Counted from the whole stretch's first letter, positions 37,918-48,591 are shown. The stretch is 61,979 bases of DNA, filler included, from Candidatus Woesearchaeota archaeon (GCA_003650545.1; 10 parts of 10 records of this genome joined end to end with filler, not necessarily neighbours in it); one strand, 5' to 3'. The notes: generated by a model not told the origin, from the letters alone. Numbers and translations: made by a program.

Positions 37918-39753
37918 TTAGATAGCTTCGATCCTAACAGGAATTTTCTTGAGGTTTGGCTCTTCAACTTGTGAATTAAAATTTAATGGAACTAATTTAT
38001 TAATTAAGGTTTTTTCATAGTGGTAAGGTGCTATCAACAAACCGGGAGCTGTCTTATCTGTTAGACTCGCCTTGATTTCAATCTCTCCAACCTCGGATAT
38101 AATTCTTATCATCTGCATATCTTTGATACCGTACTTCTTTGCGTCAACAGGATCGATTAAGCATAGAGCCTCAGGAGCCATCTTGTTCAATGTAGCTGAT
38201 CTTGAACTCATCTCGCCTGTACAAAACTGAAAAGGTATCCTAGCTGTTGTGAGTAAGAAAGGATATTTTTTTGTTGGCTTAACATCCTCTCCTTTACATA
38301 GCAACAAATGATACTTCTGAAACTTAGGTTCTCTGTTAACAAACTGTCCTTTTTCTGACTTGAGTTTATCTAGGTCAAGAATCTCATAACCAGGTCTTTT
38401 CTGAGCAATCTCTTTCAATATATCGTCTATTTTATTTGGGAATTTCTTACCAAATTTCAATGCTAGCTCTGTTAATATAACGTAGTTTGGCTTTGTGTTA
38501 TACATTGGTTCGATTGCTTTGTTCACAAACCTTATCCTCGACTCCGCATTTGTGAAAGTACCCGAGCGTTCTGCCCATGTACAACAGGGCAACACAACAT
38601 CTGCAAACTTCTCAGCTGTTAAATTTGGGTATGTTGTATGGATAACAACAAATTTCTTTTTTAACTCGTCATGGACCTTATTCAGATTCGGCATAGACTG
38701 TGCAGGATTAGACTCCATTATGTAAAATGCTTTCACAGGCTCTAAAAACATGGCTGTTGTCATGGTTTTACCGCCTTTTTCTGGTTGGCAACCCATATCA
38801 CCCACACCCTGGATATTAGCTTTTCCTCTCATCGAAATTATTTTGCCTTTTTTTGCTAGAACAAGGTTGCAGGCTGCAAATATGTTATCAACACCACAAA
38901 CATGTTGTGTTATACCCATACCAAATCCAAGTACGAATCTTTTAGAAGCTGCTATCATAGCTACTGCTTTATCAAACTCTTGTTTGGTTATTTTGCACTG
39001 GTTTACTACATCTGGCATCTTTATTTTCGATATAGTTTCTTCTATATCTTTTGGCACTTTTGCATCTTGATTGTCAACCAGATGCTTGAGAATCGCACTA
39101 AAGAAAACAGTTTCTGTTCCACCTTCTATCTCTATGTAAAGATCTGCTTGTTCTGCTGTCTGTTCTTTCCACACACTTACAACAATAATCTTTGCACCAT
39201 TTTTTTTTGCAGCAAGAATTTTCTGGGTGAAAGCAACAGGGTAGTTAGACTCTGGGTTAGAACCTATTATCAAGATACAGTCTGCAGCTTTCCAATCTTC
39301 AATCTTTGCAGGCATTGCTGATATTCCAAAGATTTTATCAAATGCGTAACACGTAGCTGCATGACAAAGCCTTGCGCAACTATCAACATTATCTGTTTTG
39401 AATATCTCTCGTGCCATTTTTTGAAGTAAGTAATTATCTTCATTTGTGCTTGGGCTAGAGCCATAGAACATTACTTCGTCTGGCTTAAGATCTTTCATGT
39501 TCTCATAAATATAGTTATAGGCTTCATCCCAAGTAGTTTCAACAAGCTTGCCCTTTTTTCTTATCATTGGAGTCTTATATCTATCCTCAGCATAAATTGT
39601 TTCCCAAGAACTTAGGCCTTTTATACAAGGATGACCTTCGCTTATAGGATCATTTTTATTTTCTACAACTTTTGTTACTTTTCCGTCATCTACTTGTAAG
39701 AAGAATGAGCATCCAACACCACAATATGGACAAATAGTTTTTACATACATCAT
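37918..39753 (-). CDS. FdhF-like molybdo/tungsto-bisPGD oxidoreductase (formate dehydrogenase alpha-like, Cys form)
   Basis: CPYCGVGC...CIKG [4Fe-4S] motif, DSCARLCH, RGKANIQG.GDMG, ADVVLP...E..GTFTN.E.R, C-terminal molybdopterin-dinucleotide-binding domain. Confidence 0.88.
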   Translation of the reverse strand: MMYVKTICPYCGVGCSFFLQVDDGKVTKVVENKNDPISEGHPCIKGLSSWETIYAEDRYKTPMIRKKGKLVETTWDEAYNYIYENMKDLKPDEVMFYGSSPSTNEDNYLLQKMAREIFKTDNVDSCARLCHAATCYAFDKIFGISAMPAKIEDWKAADCILIIGSNPESNYPVAFTQKILAAKKNGAKIIVVSVWKEQTAEQADLYIEIEGGTETVFFSAILKHLVDNQDAKVPKDIEETISKIKMPDVVNQCKITKQEFDKAVAMIAASKRFVLGFGMGITQHVCGVDNIFAACNLVLAKKGKIISMRGKANIQGVGDMGCQPEKGGKTMTTAMFLEPVKAFYIMESNPAQSMPNLNKVHDELKKKFVVIHTTYPNLTAEKFADVVLPCCTWAERSGTFTNAESRIRFVNKAIEPMYNTKPNYVILTELALKFGKKFPNKIDDILKEIAQKRPGYEILDLDKLKSEKGQFVNREPKFQKYHLLLCKGEDVKPTKKYPFLLTTARIPFQFCTGEMSSRSATLNKMAPEALCLIDPVDAKKYGIKDMQMIRIISEVGEIEIKASLTDKTAPGLLIAPYHYEKTLINKLVPLNFNSQVEEPNLKKIPVRIEAI

Positions 39754-39859
39754 ATCACCNNNNNNNNNNNNNNNNNNNNNNNNNNNNNNNNNNNNNNNNN
39801 NNNTTAATTAATTAANNNNNNNNNNNNNNNNNNNNNNNNNNNNNNNNNNNNNNNNNNNN

Positions 39860-40858
39860 CAAGAATCCCCAGAGGTTTTTAGAAACCAGATAGCTCATCT
39901 TGTTAAGCTTAATAAATTAAGAAACGAGGTTATAGAAAGTATAAATCCAGAGGTAAGCGAAGAAGAAGCCTATCAAAAGTTTCTTGATGAGTATAATACT
40001 TTGTCTGTTGAACTTGTTCAGTTTGATGACTTAAAAGAAGCAGAAAAGTTTTATGAGAAGCTTAAGGAGCCTCTGTCCAAGGATAGAGTAAGTCATCTTG
40101 TATGGGAGGACCTGGTATTGTCCTACGAAGCAAACAGACGACATATAACTATTGACGATAGAGAATTAAACAGGGTTTTAAGTGAATTTTTTTTCTTGAA
40201 TGATATAAGGTTTAACTGGCGTAGAGACAAGGAGAAGTTAAACTCCTACCTAAAAGATAATTTTGACATGGACGTAGAGACTTTTAACAAAGTCTTTTCT
40301 AAACTAGTTATCGTAGATAAGCTCAGGAAAAAAATATATGCAAAAGAGGAGTCACCTGTAGATTGGGAAGCTTACAATAAATTTCTTAAAAAGAACAAAA
40401 ATTTAAATAGAGCCTACAGTCGGTTTTTTAATAAGTTTAAGGTAAAAGATAATATATTGAGATTCTCCAGCTTTAATAGGGCAAAAGAGTTTTATAAAAG
40501 AATTAAAAGAGAAGAAAACCCTTGGGATAACAAAAAGAGAAGACAACCCCATTTATTTAAAAGGCCAGGTTTTGTCTCGCTTGATTTTTTGATTAATATC
40601 TGGAAGTTTAAGAGAGCTGATGCCTATAAGATGTTAGATTATACGGCCGGAAGCTTCTATCCCCCTTCTCCTATATACAAAGGATATGCCGTATTTAAGA
40701 TTCTTAAAGTGAGAAAAGCAAAAAAAGAGGATTTTGTAAAAAGGAAACAATACTATTTTGGCAGAGTTAAAAATATTAAGAAATACGAAGGGTTTAAACA
40801 GTGGCTTAAAGATTTAAAAGAAAAAGCTGATATAAAAGTTTACATAAATAACGAATAA
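39860..40858 (+). CDS. SurA/PpiD-like periplasmic chaperone-like protein (5'-truncated)
   Basis: Internal duplicated helical module; C-terminal GY.VFKI...F..WL.DL.EKADIK typical of SurA/PrsA ends; frame open to the contig edge. Confidence 0.55.
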   Translation, partial: QESPEVFRNQIAHLVKLNKLRNEVIESINPEVSEEEAYQKFLDEYNTLSVELVQFDDLKEAEKFYEKLKEPLSKDRVSHLVWEDLVLSYEANRRHITIDDRELNRVLSEFFFLNDIRFNWRRDKEKLNSYLKDNFDMDVETFNKVFSKLVIVDKLRKKIYAKEESPVDWEAYNKFLKKNKNLNRAYSRFFNKFKVKDNILRFSSFNRAKEFYKRIKREENPWDNKKRRQPHLFKRPGFVSLDFLINIWKFKRADAYKMLDYTAGSFYPPSPIYKGYAVFKILKVRKAKKEDFVKRKQYYFGRVKNIKKYEGFKQWLKDLKEKADIKVYINNE

Positions 40859-40961
40859 AAACACAACGCACCTTTTATTATAACAAATGCTTATTTTCCT
40901 TTAGTCTTTACTTTTTATTCCCGCTAAAGTATAATTCTCCTTGAAGATAATAAGATAAGTA

Positions 40962-42833
40962 ATGTTCGGTAAAATAGGCGTATTAGGCATAGTAGTTTTT
41001 TTGTGTATATCTATATATTTTAATGCACTAAATGGTGAATTTATATGGGATGACAAAATATCGATATTAGATAACAAATATACACACAGCCTCAAATACA
41101 TACCAGAGTTTTTCTCTTCTCCTTTTTTTAGTTTAGGAAGCAAGAGTCCAAGAATAAGCCAGTCAGATTATTATCGTCCCCTTGTTAGTGTTTCATTTGC
41201 TTTAGATTATTTCTTTTATAAAGACACTCCTTTTGGTTTTCATGTGGCCAACTTAATTCTTCACCTTTTGAATGTGTTGCTGGTATTTTTCCTTATGAGA
41301 ATGTTATTAAAAGACTTTTGGTGTGCATTTTGGATAAGTATTATTTTTGCCGTCCATCCTGTAAACTCAAGCACTGTTTCTTATATCTCCAACAGGCCAA
41401 ATCTGTTATTAGTTTTGTTTTGTCTTTTGTCTTTTGTTTTTTACATAAAGGACAAATGTCCTCTTTCTTATTTATTTTTCCTTATGGCATTGCTTTCAAA
41501 AGAATCTAGTGTTATTCTTCCTTTGGTATTTGTAGCTTATGATTACTTAGAAAGAAAGAGTATTAGAAATAATTTTATTAAACTACTGCCCTATTTCTTT
41601 TTAATATTTATTTATTTTGTAATTAGGAATAAGGTATTCGGAATATGGAGGATAGAGGGCAGTTGCATATTTTGTAAGTTAGGAGAGAGAGTGCTTGCAT
41701 TTTTTGTTATGATTTTTGATTTCATAAGAGTTATATTTTTACCCTTTGGGCTTCATTTTGAAAGGTTAATATCTTCTAATGATAATTTTTTCATTTTAAA
41801 AAGTATGGTAGGTGTTATTTTTACTGTAGTTTTATTGTATATCAGTTTGCGTTCTAAGAAGACGAAACCCCTCTATTCTTTAGGGATATTTTGGTTTTTT
41901 CTGGGGCTTTTACCAACCTCTCAAGTTTTCCCTTTAATTGTAGATGATAAATACTTAGCGAGTGAGCATTTTTTGTATTTTCCTCAGATAGGTTTACTTA
42001 TGTTTATATTTTTATGTTTAAGAGACAGAATAAGTTATATTTCTTTTAAGGTATTTATTTCTATAATAATATTAGTTTTTAGCATTTTAACCATCCATTA
42101 TAATCAAACTCAATGGAAGAATGAAAAAGATTTTTTATTATACAATTTAAGATTTGAGAGAACTTCCCGTCTATATAATAATTTGGGGAAAGTTTATCAG
42201 GAGGAAAGAGATTTTAAGAAGGCAGAAGAGGTCTATCGTAAGGCCAAAGAAATGAATTCTCACTATTTAAAATCTCGTTATAACTTAGCTACTCTTTTAG
42301 CTGAAGAGGGAAGGTTTATATCTGCTGAGAGAGAATATCAGGATATTTTAAATATTTATCCTTTCTATGGAGATGTTTATAATAACTTAGGGGTGATAAA
42401 ATTAAGAGAAGGTAAATTAAATGAGGCGTTAGAACTTTTTAGAAAGGCTCTTCTTTTATCTAATGATAATGCTGATGCTTATTGTAATTTAGGTTTAGTG
42501 TTAGGGAAAAAGGGAGATGAAAAGGATGCTATAAGTTATTATATTAAGGGAATAAATATTGACCCTAATAATATAGGATGTCTTAGCCAGTTAGCTCTAA
42601 TTTACATAAAAAGAGGAGATTTTGATAGAGCCCTTACATATCTTAATAGAATATTAGATTTAGATAAGAAAAATGCTGGTGTTCTTCAGAATATAGGGAA
42701 TATTTATTTTACCAAGAAAGAGTATAAAAGAGCACTGTTGTATTATAATAAGGCGTTGAGATTGAATCCTTCAAATAAAGCTCTCAGGGATAATATAAGT
42801 ATAGTCAAGGATATTTTAAATGAAGGAAAATGA
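40962..42833 (+). CDS. TMTC-like GT-C protein O-mannosyltransferase with C-terminal TPR repeats
   Basis: F.WDD, YYRPL, FH..NL.LH, FAVHP.....V.YIS.R, LLSKE, E(H)FLYFP, W..E..L; several TPRs. Confidence 0.9.
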   Translation: MFGKIGVLGIVVFLCISIYFNALNGEFIWDDKISILDNKYTHSLKYIPEFFSSPFFSLGSKSPRISQSDYYRPLVSVSFALDYFFYKDTPFGFHVANLILHLLNVLLVFFLMRMLLKDFWCAFWISIIFAVHPVNSSTVSYISNRPNLLLVLFCLLSFVFYIKDKCPLSYLFFLMALLSKESSVILPLVFVAYDYLERKSIRNNFIKLLPYFFLIFIYFVIRNKVFGIWRIEGSCIFCKLGERVLAFFVMIFDFIRVIFLPFGLHFERLISSNDNFFILKSMVGVIFTVVLLYISLRSKKTKPLYSLGIFWFFLGLLPTSQVFPLIVDDKYLASEHFLYFPQIGLLMFIFLCLRDRISYISFKVFISIIILVFSILTIHYNQTQWKNEKDFLLYNLRFERTSRLYNNLGKVYQEERDFKKAEEVYRKAKEMNSHYLKSRYNLATLLAEEGRFISAEREYQDILNIYPFYGDVYNNLGVIKLREGKLNEALELFRKALLLSNDNADAYCNLGLVLGKKGDEKDAISYYIKGINIDPNNIGCLSQLALIYIKRGDFDRALTYLNRILDLDKKNAGVLQNIGNIYFTKKEYKRALLYYNKALRLNPSNKALRDNISIVKDILNEGK

Positions 42834-43248
42834 TAATTTAAATTACAAAGAGGTTAGAGTATTTAAATTAAGAGGCAATTCTATGTGGCCTTTTATAAAA
42901 GATGGTGATATAGTGATAGTGGAGCCAACGGAAATTAATAATATCTTTTTGGGACAGATAGTTCTTGCAGAAGAAGGTGGGGTGTTTTTTTGTCACCGTC
43001 TTTTTAAAAAGAAAGGAGAGTTTTTCCAAACAAAAGCAGATACTTTTTTTGGATTGGATCCTCTATTAGAAGAAAGAAATCTTTTAGGAAAAGTAATTGC
43101 TATAAAAAGGAGAGGAAAAATTATAAGGATAGATAGAAGATTGCACTATTTTATGGGTTTTTTTATTTTATGGTTTACTTTCTTTATTTCTCCTTTTTAT
43201 TATATTCTACGAAGATTAAGAAAGATAGGGAACAATGTACATAGATAG
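42820..43248 (+). CDS. S24/S26 signal-peptidase-like protein
   Basis: GNSMWPFIKDGD (catalytic Ser), HR, TKAD, D motifs; C-terminal hydrophobic helix. Confidence 0.85.
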   Translation: MKENDNLNYKEVRVFKLRGNSMWPFIKDGDIVIVEPTEINNIFLGQIVLAEEGGVFFCHRLFKKKGEFFQTKADTFFGLDPLLEERNLLGKVIAIKRRGKIIRIDRRLHYFMGFFILWFTFFISPFYYILRRLRKIGNNVHR

Positions 43249-44326
43249 AGAAAATATAATTTTGAATCTTAACCAAGAGACTAAACCATTTCTTCAGATT
43301 AAGCTTTCTAAATTCATGGAGCTTACAGAAGAAGAGTTCGCTCACTTAGTAAAGGAAGTAGAAAAGGATGATTTATTTAGAAAGTTAACTTATCCTTTAG
43401 AAAGTTTTTCTTTTCGCCTTATAAGTTATCATCGTTATCCCTATACAGAAATCAAATCCAGTATTTATAAAATTATTGAGAATGTGATAAAGGATGAAAG
43501 TTCTCCTGATATCGATGATCTTCTTCTAATTTATAAAGATACAGTAGAAATAATCAAAAATATTGGTGAGAATAATTTTAAGAAATATTTCTTATATAAT
43601 GATTTTGATTTACCGATAAGTGAGTTAGCAAGGATATGCCAGACAACTGAAGAGAAAGTCTTTAGAGTAATTGAAATGATGGATGAATTTTTTATCAGGT
43701 CAAGATTAAAGAGAGAATCTACTCCTGCTGTTCAGAAGGTATCATATTGGTTAATAGCTTCTCTGCGTAAGGTTAAGGGAAGGATTGTTGTTGAGTTTTT
43801 GGATTTAAATTTAGCCAGAGGATTATATAGAATAGACTACGAAAGACTCAAACAGTTAAAGAATGCTGATTTCTTTTCTAAAAGAGAGTTAAAAAGATTG
43901 AGTTTGTTAATAGAAAAACTCACTTTAATAAATTTTAGAAAAACGACGGTTTTTAGAATTCTCTCTTATATTATTAGAAAACAGAGAGCATTTCTTAGTA
44001 CAGGTGAACCCTCTAAGCTTATTCCTTTAACTCAGAAAGAGTCAGCAAAAGAATTGGGTATTTCTTTAAGCCTTGTAAGCAGAACCATAAGGTATAAAAG
44101 TGTTCTTGCTCCTTGGGGAGAAGAGCTTCCTTTAAAATTCTTCTTTCCAAACCTTAAAGAGGTAAGAATATCGATTCTTAAAGAAATTGTTGATAAAGAG
44201 AAGTTTGATAACGATCAGAGAATAAAGGAGAAGTTACAAAAGGATTACGGTATTTATATATCCAGGCGGACAATAAGTAAATACAGAAAAGAATTAAAAG
44301 TCCCATCATTGAGGAGAAGAAGATGA
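43235..44326 (+). CDS. Divergent sigma-54 (RpoN)-like protein
   Basis: Q..FL..G....L.PLTQKE.A.ELG.S.S.VSR....K....PWG...LKFFF HTH; DQ.I...L...GI.ISRRTISKYR.EL.VP RpoN-box-like; only 363 aa. Confidence 0.75.
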   Translation: MYIDRENIILNLNQETKPFLQIKLSKFMELTEEEFAHLVKEVEKDDLFRKLTYPLESFSFRLISYHRYPYTEIKSSIYKIIENVIKDESSPDIDDLLLIYKDTVEIIKNIGENNFKKYFLYNDFDLPISELARICQTTEEKVFRVIEMMDEFFIRSRLKRESTPAVQKVSYWLIASLRKVKGRIVVEFLDLNLARGLYRIDYERLKQLKNADFFSKRELKRLSLLIEKLTLINFRKTTVFRILSYIIRKQRAFLSTGEPSKLIPLTQKESAKELGISLSLVSRTIRYKSVLAPWGEELPLKFFFPNLKEVRISILKEIVDKEKFDNDQRIKEKLQKDYGIYISRRTISKYRKELKVPSLRRRR

Positions 44327-45428
44327 ATGGTTATTCTCTAATTTTAGACATTCTCCGTCGAGATTTCCAATATTCTAAATTAAAAGACATAGGAACATCG
44401 TCAATAGAGTGGGATATTTTTTTAGAAGGAGCATTTCGGGAAGGGGTAGCTGGTTTTATATTCTCTAGATTAAGAAATGACAGTGTAAAGAACTATTTCC
44501 CAGAGAATGTCTTGATAAGGTTGGAAGAATTTTATCTTACTAATTTAGGAAGAAATACTATTATATATAAAGAGTTAGAGAGTATTTTTAAGTCTCTGAA
44601 CGAAGAAGGAATTATTTGTTTTATTAACCGAGGGGCGTACTTTTCAAAGTATCTTTATTGCGATTTAGGAATAAGGGCTATGGCAGATGTTGATATGGTG
44701 ATTTTTGACGAGGATTTGGAGAGATTTAAGAATGTTGTCTTAAACATGGGGTATGGTTATTTTGATAGGTATCCTTTCTTCTTTTATAAGAATGGTTGCT
44801 ATATTGATTTGCATCTGAATAAGCCGGGATTCTGGAGGGTGGATAATTGGCCTTGCGGTTTTACAATTAAAGATATAGAGATTCAAAGAAGAAGCCTTCC
44901 TTTAGAAAACAGTTTGTCCAATATACGGGTGTTTGACGTTTATGACTTTATTCTAGGGTGCTGCCAACATCTTCAGGAGCATTCCTTTTCTAAGCTTATA
45001 TGGTTTATAGATGTGGCCAAGCTTATAGAATCAAAGGGAAGTGATTTTGAATGGAAAGTTTTAGAAGAGAGGGCAGAGAATTTTAATCTTAAAAAACCCT
45101 TTTATTTTGTGATAGAATATCTTACAAAGAATAATTTAGTTTCCTTGCCACATTATATAAATAGGAAATACGTTGCTTTGAATTTTATAGAAGAGAAAAG
45201 CTTAAGCCTCATTGTTGCTAACAAAAGAAATTATGTATGTGGGTGGATGTTGTTTCTTTTTCTTGCAAAGGGGATGAAGGATAAGTTTAATTTATTAAGA
45301 AAGATATTGTTTTTAAAAAAAGAGTATATTCCTTTATCTAAAGAGCCAGGTTTTTCTTCTTATTTGAGACGCTTTCTGGGTATTATAGGGTATATTCTAA
45401 GAATGGCTATAGTGCTTGTTATGGTGTA
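44323..45428 (+). CDS. Uncharacterised nucleotidyltransferase family protein (NTP_transf_5-like)
   Basis: L...GI.....G.....LY...G.R...DVD, IDLH, H...H....L.W..D motifs; stop probably cut at the contig edge. Confidence 0.82.
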
Positions 45429-45528
45429 NNNNNNNNNNNNNNNNNNNNNNNNNNNNNNNNNNNNNNNNNNNNTTAATTAATTAANNNNNNNNNNNNNNNN
45501 NNNNNNNNNNNNNNNNNNNNNNNNNNNN

Positions 45529-47358
45529 AAAGACACAACAGCACCAAAAATACACATCATCTTTCCATCTGTAAATAACACAAAAATAACTTCTCAAGAC
45601 ACGATTAGATTCGAGATCAGTGATTATAATATGTCAACCCATGTTTATGTTGATGATCCTGATGGGCAACATGATGCTGAAGGAGTTTTTCCATTTTTCA
45701 CAATTCCTGCAAATTGGGATACTAGTGATGGTTTAAAACAAATTATAATTCATGCAAATGACGGACAGTTCGAAGTAAATCGAACCATTTATGTTGATCT
45801 ACAAAACGATATATTCGGCTATTTGGATGCTTCTGAGCAGAATGCTGAAGATGTTGAGACTAAGATGAATAATGTAAGTAGAGCGGTAGCTGTTGTTACG
45901 GACGAATCTAAACAAGATGCATATGAAAAACTCAACTTTATGAAAGAATTGAATGAATCTTTAACTAATTTGACTATTCTTAAGAATAACATAACCTCTA
46001 TTAAAGAAAGCACTTTAGATAATGTAACCAAGATTGCATTATTGAATGCAATAAGAGCAAAGATTGAAGATCTTTTAGATAATACACCAGCAGATGTAGA
46101 TATCTTAGAAGAGGATTCTGGTTTAAACACAACATTTCAAAATACTGATGAGCTTGATGCTGTTCTTTCAATAGCAGGAAACTTAAACAAAGTTGATACT
46201 TCTGTAAACACCAGAATCCAAAGTGTCAAGAAAAAATATCTTTCTGGCAAAGAGGAAAATACCACTGTTGTTTCTACTAAAGCAATCTATAATGGCACAG
46301 AATATGACGTTGGGTATTTTTCCGATAAGCTTAATACAACAAAAGCGCGAACAGATGGAGTGAGAGCTACGTTGGCTACAAACGGGAGTTCTATCTTTGT
46401 TGTACTTGGTTTGGATAAGAATGTAACAACTATTGCTCTAACTGGTATCTGTAATGGTGGTGCAAGCACCTGTGATCTGCAAGGCTTGAACAAAAGTAAG
46501 ATTGATTTTACCGAGCCTGAAAACTCTACATTTAGTGTAGTGGAAGCAGATCCAATAGTGAAGTGGAGCTTTAGTGCAGCTGGTAGTGGAAGCACTAGCA
46601 CGGGTAGTGATACAAGTGATACGTCTCAAAGTACAAGCTCATTAATATATACAGGAATGATCGAGTTACAAGAAATCAATAAGTGGGATGTTATTAGGGC
46701 AAATGAGCCAACGTTTATGACATTGACTAAAGCAGTTGTTATAACAGAACTAGAGTTTATAGTTAAAAGAGAGCTGAGTGATATATACATTAAGATAAGC
46801 AAGCTTACAAAGAAACCTACGATTTTAGATACACCAGCTAAGAAGGTTTACAAATATCTTCAGATCGATTCGAATATTGATGATGAAGATATAAAATCTG
46901 CAACAGTTTCATTTGAGGTTGCCGATGCCTGGTTTAAAAATAACGATATTAATCCTGATACCATTGTGCTTTTCCATCATGATGGAAAGAATTGGGAGGA
47001 ATTGCCTACGTCAAAAACAGGTAAAACGGATTATAGTTATACCTATGAGGCAACCACAAAAAAATTCAGCTATTTTGCTGTTGGTGTGAGTAAAGCCAAA
47101 ATAGCACAAATGGCAGAATCTGCTTCAGAGGAAGTGATTGATATTGGTACACCAGACAAAAATGAGGGGGAAGACGAAACCAGTGGGGATATCGATATCA
47201 TAGGAGGGGTTGTTGGGAAAAGGAGTCGTGCTTCAATAGTTGTTGTGATTCTTCTTGCAATTGTTGTTGTTGGAATAGCGGGAGTGTTTATATATAAAAT
47301 GTCTATATATAGAAAAAGTTATTATAGAAAAAGTTATAAAAAAGTAAGAAAGAGGTGA
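45529..47358 (+). CDS. PGF-pre-PGF domain surface protein (5'-truncated) with a C-terminal TM anchor
   Basis: VYKYLQI...I..ATVSFEV...W...N.I....IVL.H.....WEELPT......Y.YEA.T..FSYFAVG; TM plus basic tail. Confidence 0.85.
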   Translation, partial: KDTTAPKIHIIFPSVNNTKITSQDTIRFEISDYNMSTHVYVDDPDGQHDAEGVFPFFTIPANWDTSDGLKQIIIHANDGQFEVNRTIYVDLQNDIFGYLDASEQNAEDVETKMNNVSRAVAVVTDESKQDAYEKLNFMKELNESLTNLTILKNNITSIKESTLDNVTKIALLNAIRAKIEDLLDNTPADVDILEEDSGLNTTFQNTDELDAVLSIAGNLNKVDTSVNTRIQSVKKKYLSGKEENTTVVSTKAIYNGTEYDVGYFSDKLNTTKARTDGVRATLATNGSSIFVVLGLDKNVTTIALTGICNGGASTCDLQGLNKSKIDFTEPENSTFSVVEADPIVKWSFSAAGSGSTSTGSDTSDTSQSTSSLIYTGMIELQEINKWDVIRANEPTFMTLTKAVVITELEFIVKRELSDIYIKISKLTKKPTILDTPAKKVYKYLQIDSNIDDEDIKSATVSFEVADAWFKNNDINPDTIVLFHHDGKNWEELPTSKTGKTDYSYTYEATTKKFSYFAVGVSKAKIAQMAESASEEVIDIGTPDKNEGEDETSGDIDIIGGVVGKRSRASIVVVILLAIVVVGIAGVFIYKMSIYRKSYYRKSYKKVRKR

Positions 47359-47365
47359 AAATATA

Positions 47366-48577
47366 ATGAAAAAAATATTGATGTATCTATTGTCGTCTGT
47401 TTTGTTGGTTTTATTCATGATGATTGCAGTAGATACCAGTTTAGCAACAGATATCAGTCTAGAGATTAATGATCAATCAACCAATCAATTAGTGCAGCTT
47501 CAGCACGGTGGTGTTTTCAGGGTTAAGCTTAAGGTTGCGCCGGGTATCGATATATCCCGGTTGGATATTTCTTCAGATAATAAGATGGTTGAAGCGTTAT
47601 TAAAAGAAAAACTAAATATCCTTGATGAGTTTGCTGTCTCGGATCAAGAGCAAGTGTTAAAAAAGGATGTTGCACTGCCAAGTACCTTACCTGCTGGCAA
47701 GTTTTTCGTTAACGTTAACATTAATTATGTTAAAAATGGCAAAAGCTTTTTTGTGAAACAAAAGAACAGATTTATTGTTGTTCCAAAGAGTATAAGCTCA
47801 AGATTAATGGGCTTTGCTTCAAAGCATCTACCCGGTGATGTTGCTCTGGAAATTTTGAATGTACTAGAGCCAAAGAAAATAAAACGTTTAAACAAGGAAG
47901 TTGAAGAGAAGGATATTAAGGGTATGGGTGTAACGCTAAATCAGCTTCAGAAGATTAAGGAGATGACAGTAGAAGAAAAGATTATCAAACAGGATACTAT
48001 TGAAACTGCGGTGAACAAGGCAATGTCAACACGCGCTAAAGAAGCTATTCAGGCAATGGCAAAAAAGAAATCTAGACCAATAGTGAAAAAGTCAGTTTCT
48101 ATATACAAAGTCAAGGGCCAAGAGAAGAGCTATATTAATAAGATTGTTGTTAGTGTGACTTCTGATAATGGTATGAACTCTCTTGAGCTAGTCGAAATCA
48201 TCCCTAAGTCTGTTGCGGAGAGCGCTGGCTTGCTTGTATTTTCAGAGAGGCCACTTATTCTTGAAAGTGACCCTATTGTGAAATGGAGTTTCAATAATCT
48301 GCCTAAAGACGAGACAAAAGACTTTAGTTATACAGTTAAAACTACTGAACCTGTAGATGAAACTCAATTAACAAGTGTTGCTGTTGGTAAGAATCCCGGT
48401 TTAACAGCTAGATTGGTGAGATGGGAGCTTGAGAAAGGGATGTCTGCCTGGATTGTAACTGGTATAATATTCTTACTGTTAATAGTGGTAGTGTTTATCG
48501 TGTTGCCTGTAGCGTTATTTAAGAAGAGAAGGTTGAAGAGGCTAAGTTTGAAAGAAGAAAAAATCCAGAAAAAATAA
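47366..48577 (+). CDS. Hypothetical secreted, C-terminally membrane-anchored protein
   Basis: Signal peptide; VEIIPKSVA...ILESDPIVKWSF module; C-terminal TM and basic tail. Confidence 0.8.
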   Translation: MKKILMYLLSSVLLVLFMMIAVDTSLATDISLEINDQSTNQLVQLQHGGVFRVKLKVAPGIDISRLDISSDNKMVEALLKEKLNILDEFAVSDQEQVLKKDVALPSTLPAGKFFVNVNINYVKNGKSFFVKQKNRFIVVPKSISSRLMGFASKHLPGDVALEILNVLEPKKIKRLNKEVEEKDIKGMGVTLNQLQKIKEMTVEEKIIKQDTIETAVNKAMSTRAKEAIQAMAKKKSRPIVKKSVSIYKVKGQEKSYINKIVVSVTSDNGMNSLELVEIIPKSVAESAGLLVFSERPLILESDPIVKWSFNNLPKDETKDFSYTVKTTEPVDETQLTSVAVGKNPGLTARLVRWELEKGMSAWIVTGIIFLLLIVVVFIVLPVALFKKRRLKRLSLKEEKIQKK

Positions 48578-48591
48578 AAAAGAGCTGAAAG

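Noticed and set aside
39355..39385. Selenocysteine in the FdhF-like active site
   Set aside because: The codon is TGT (Cys) in CARLCH; no in-frame TGA
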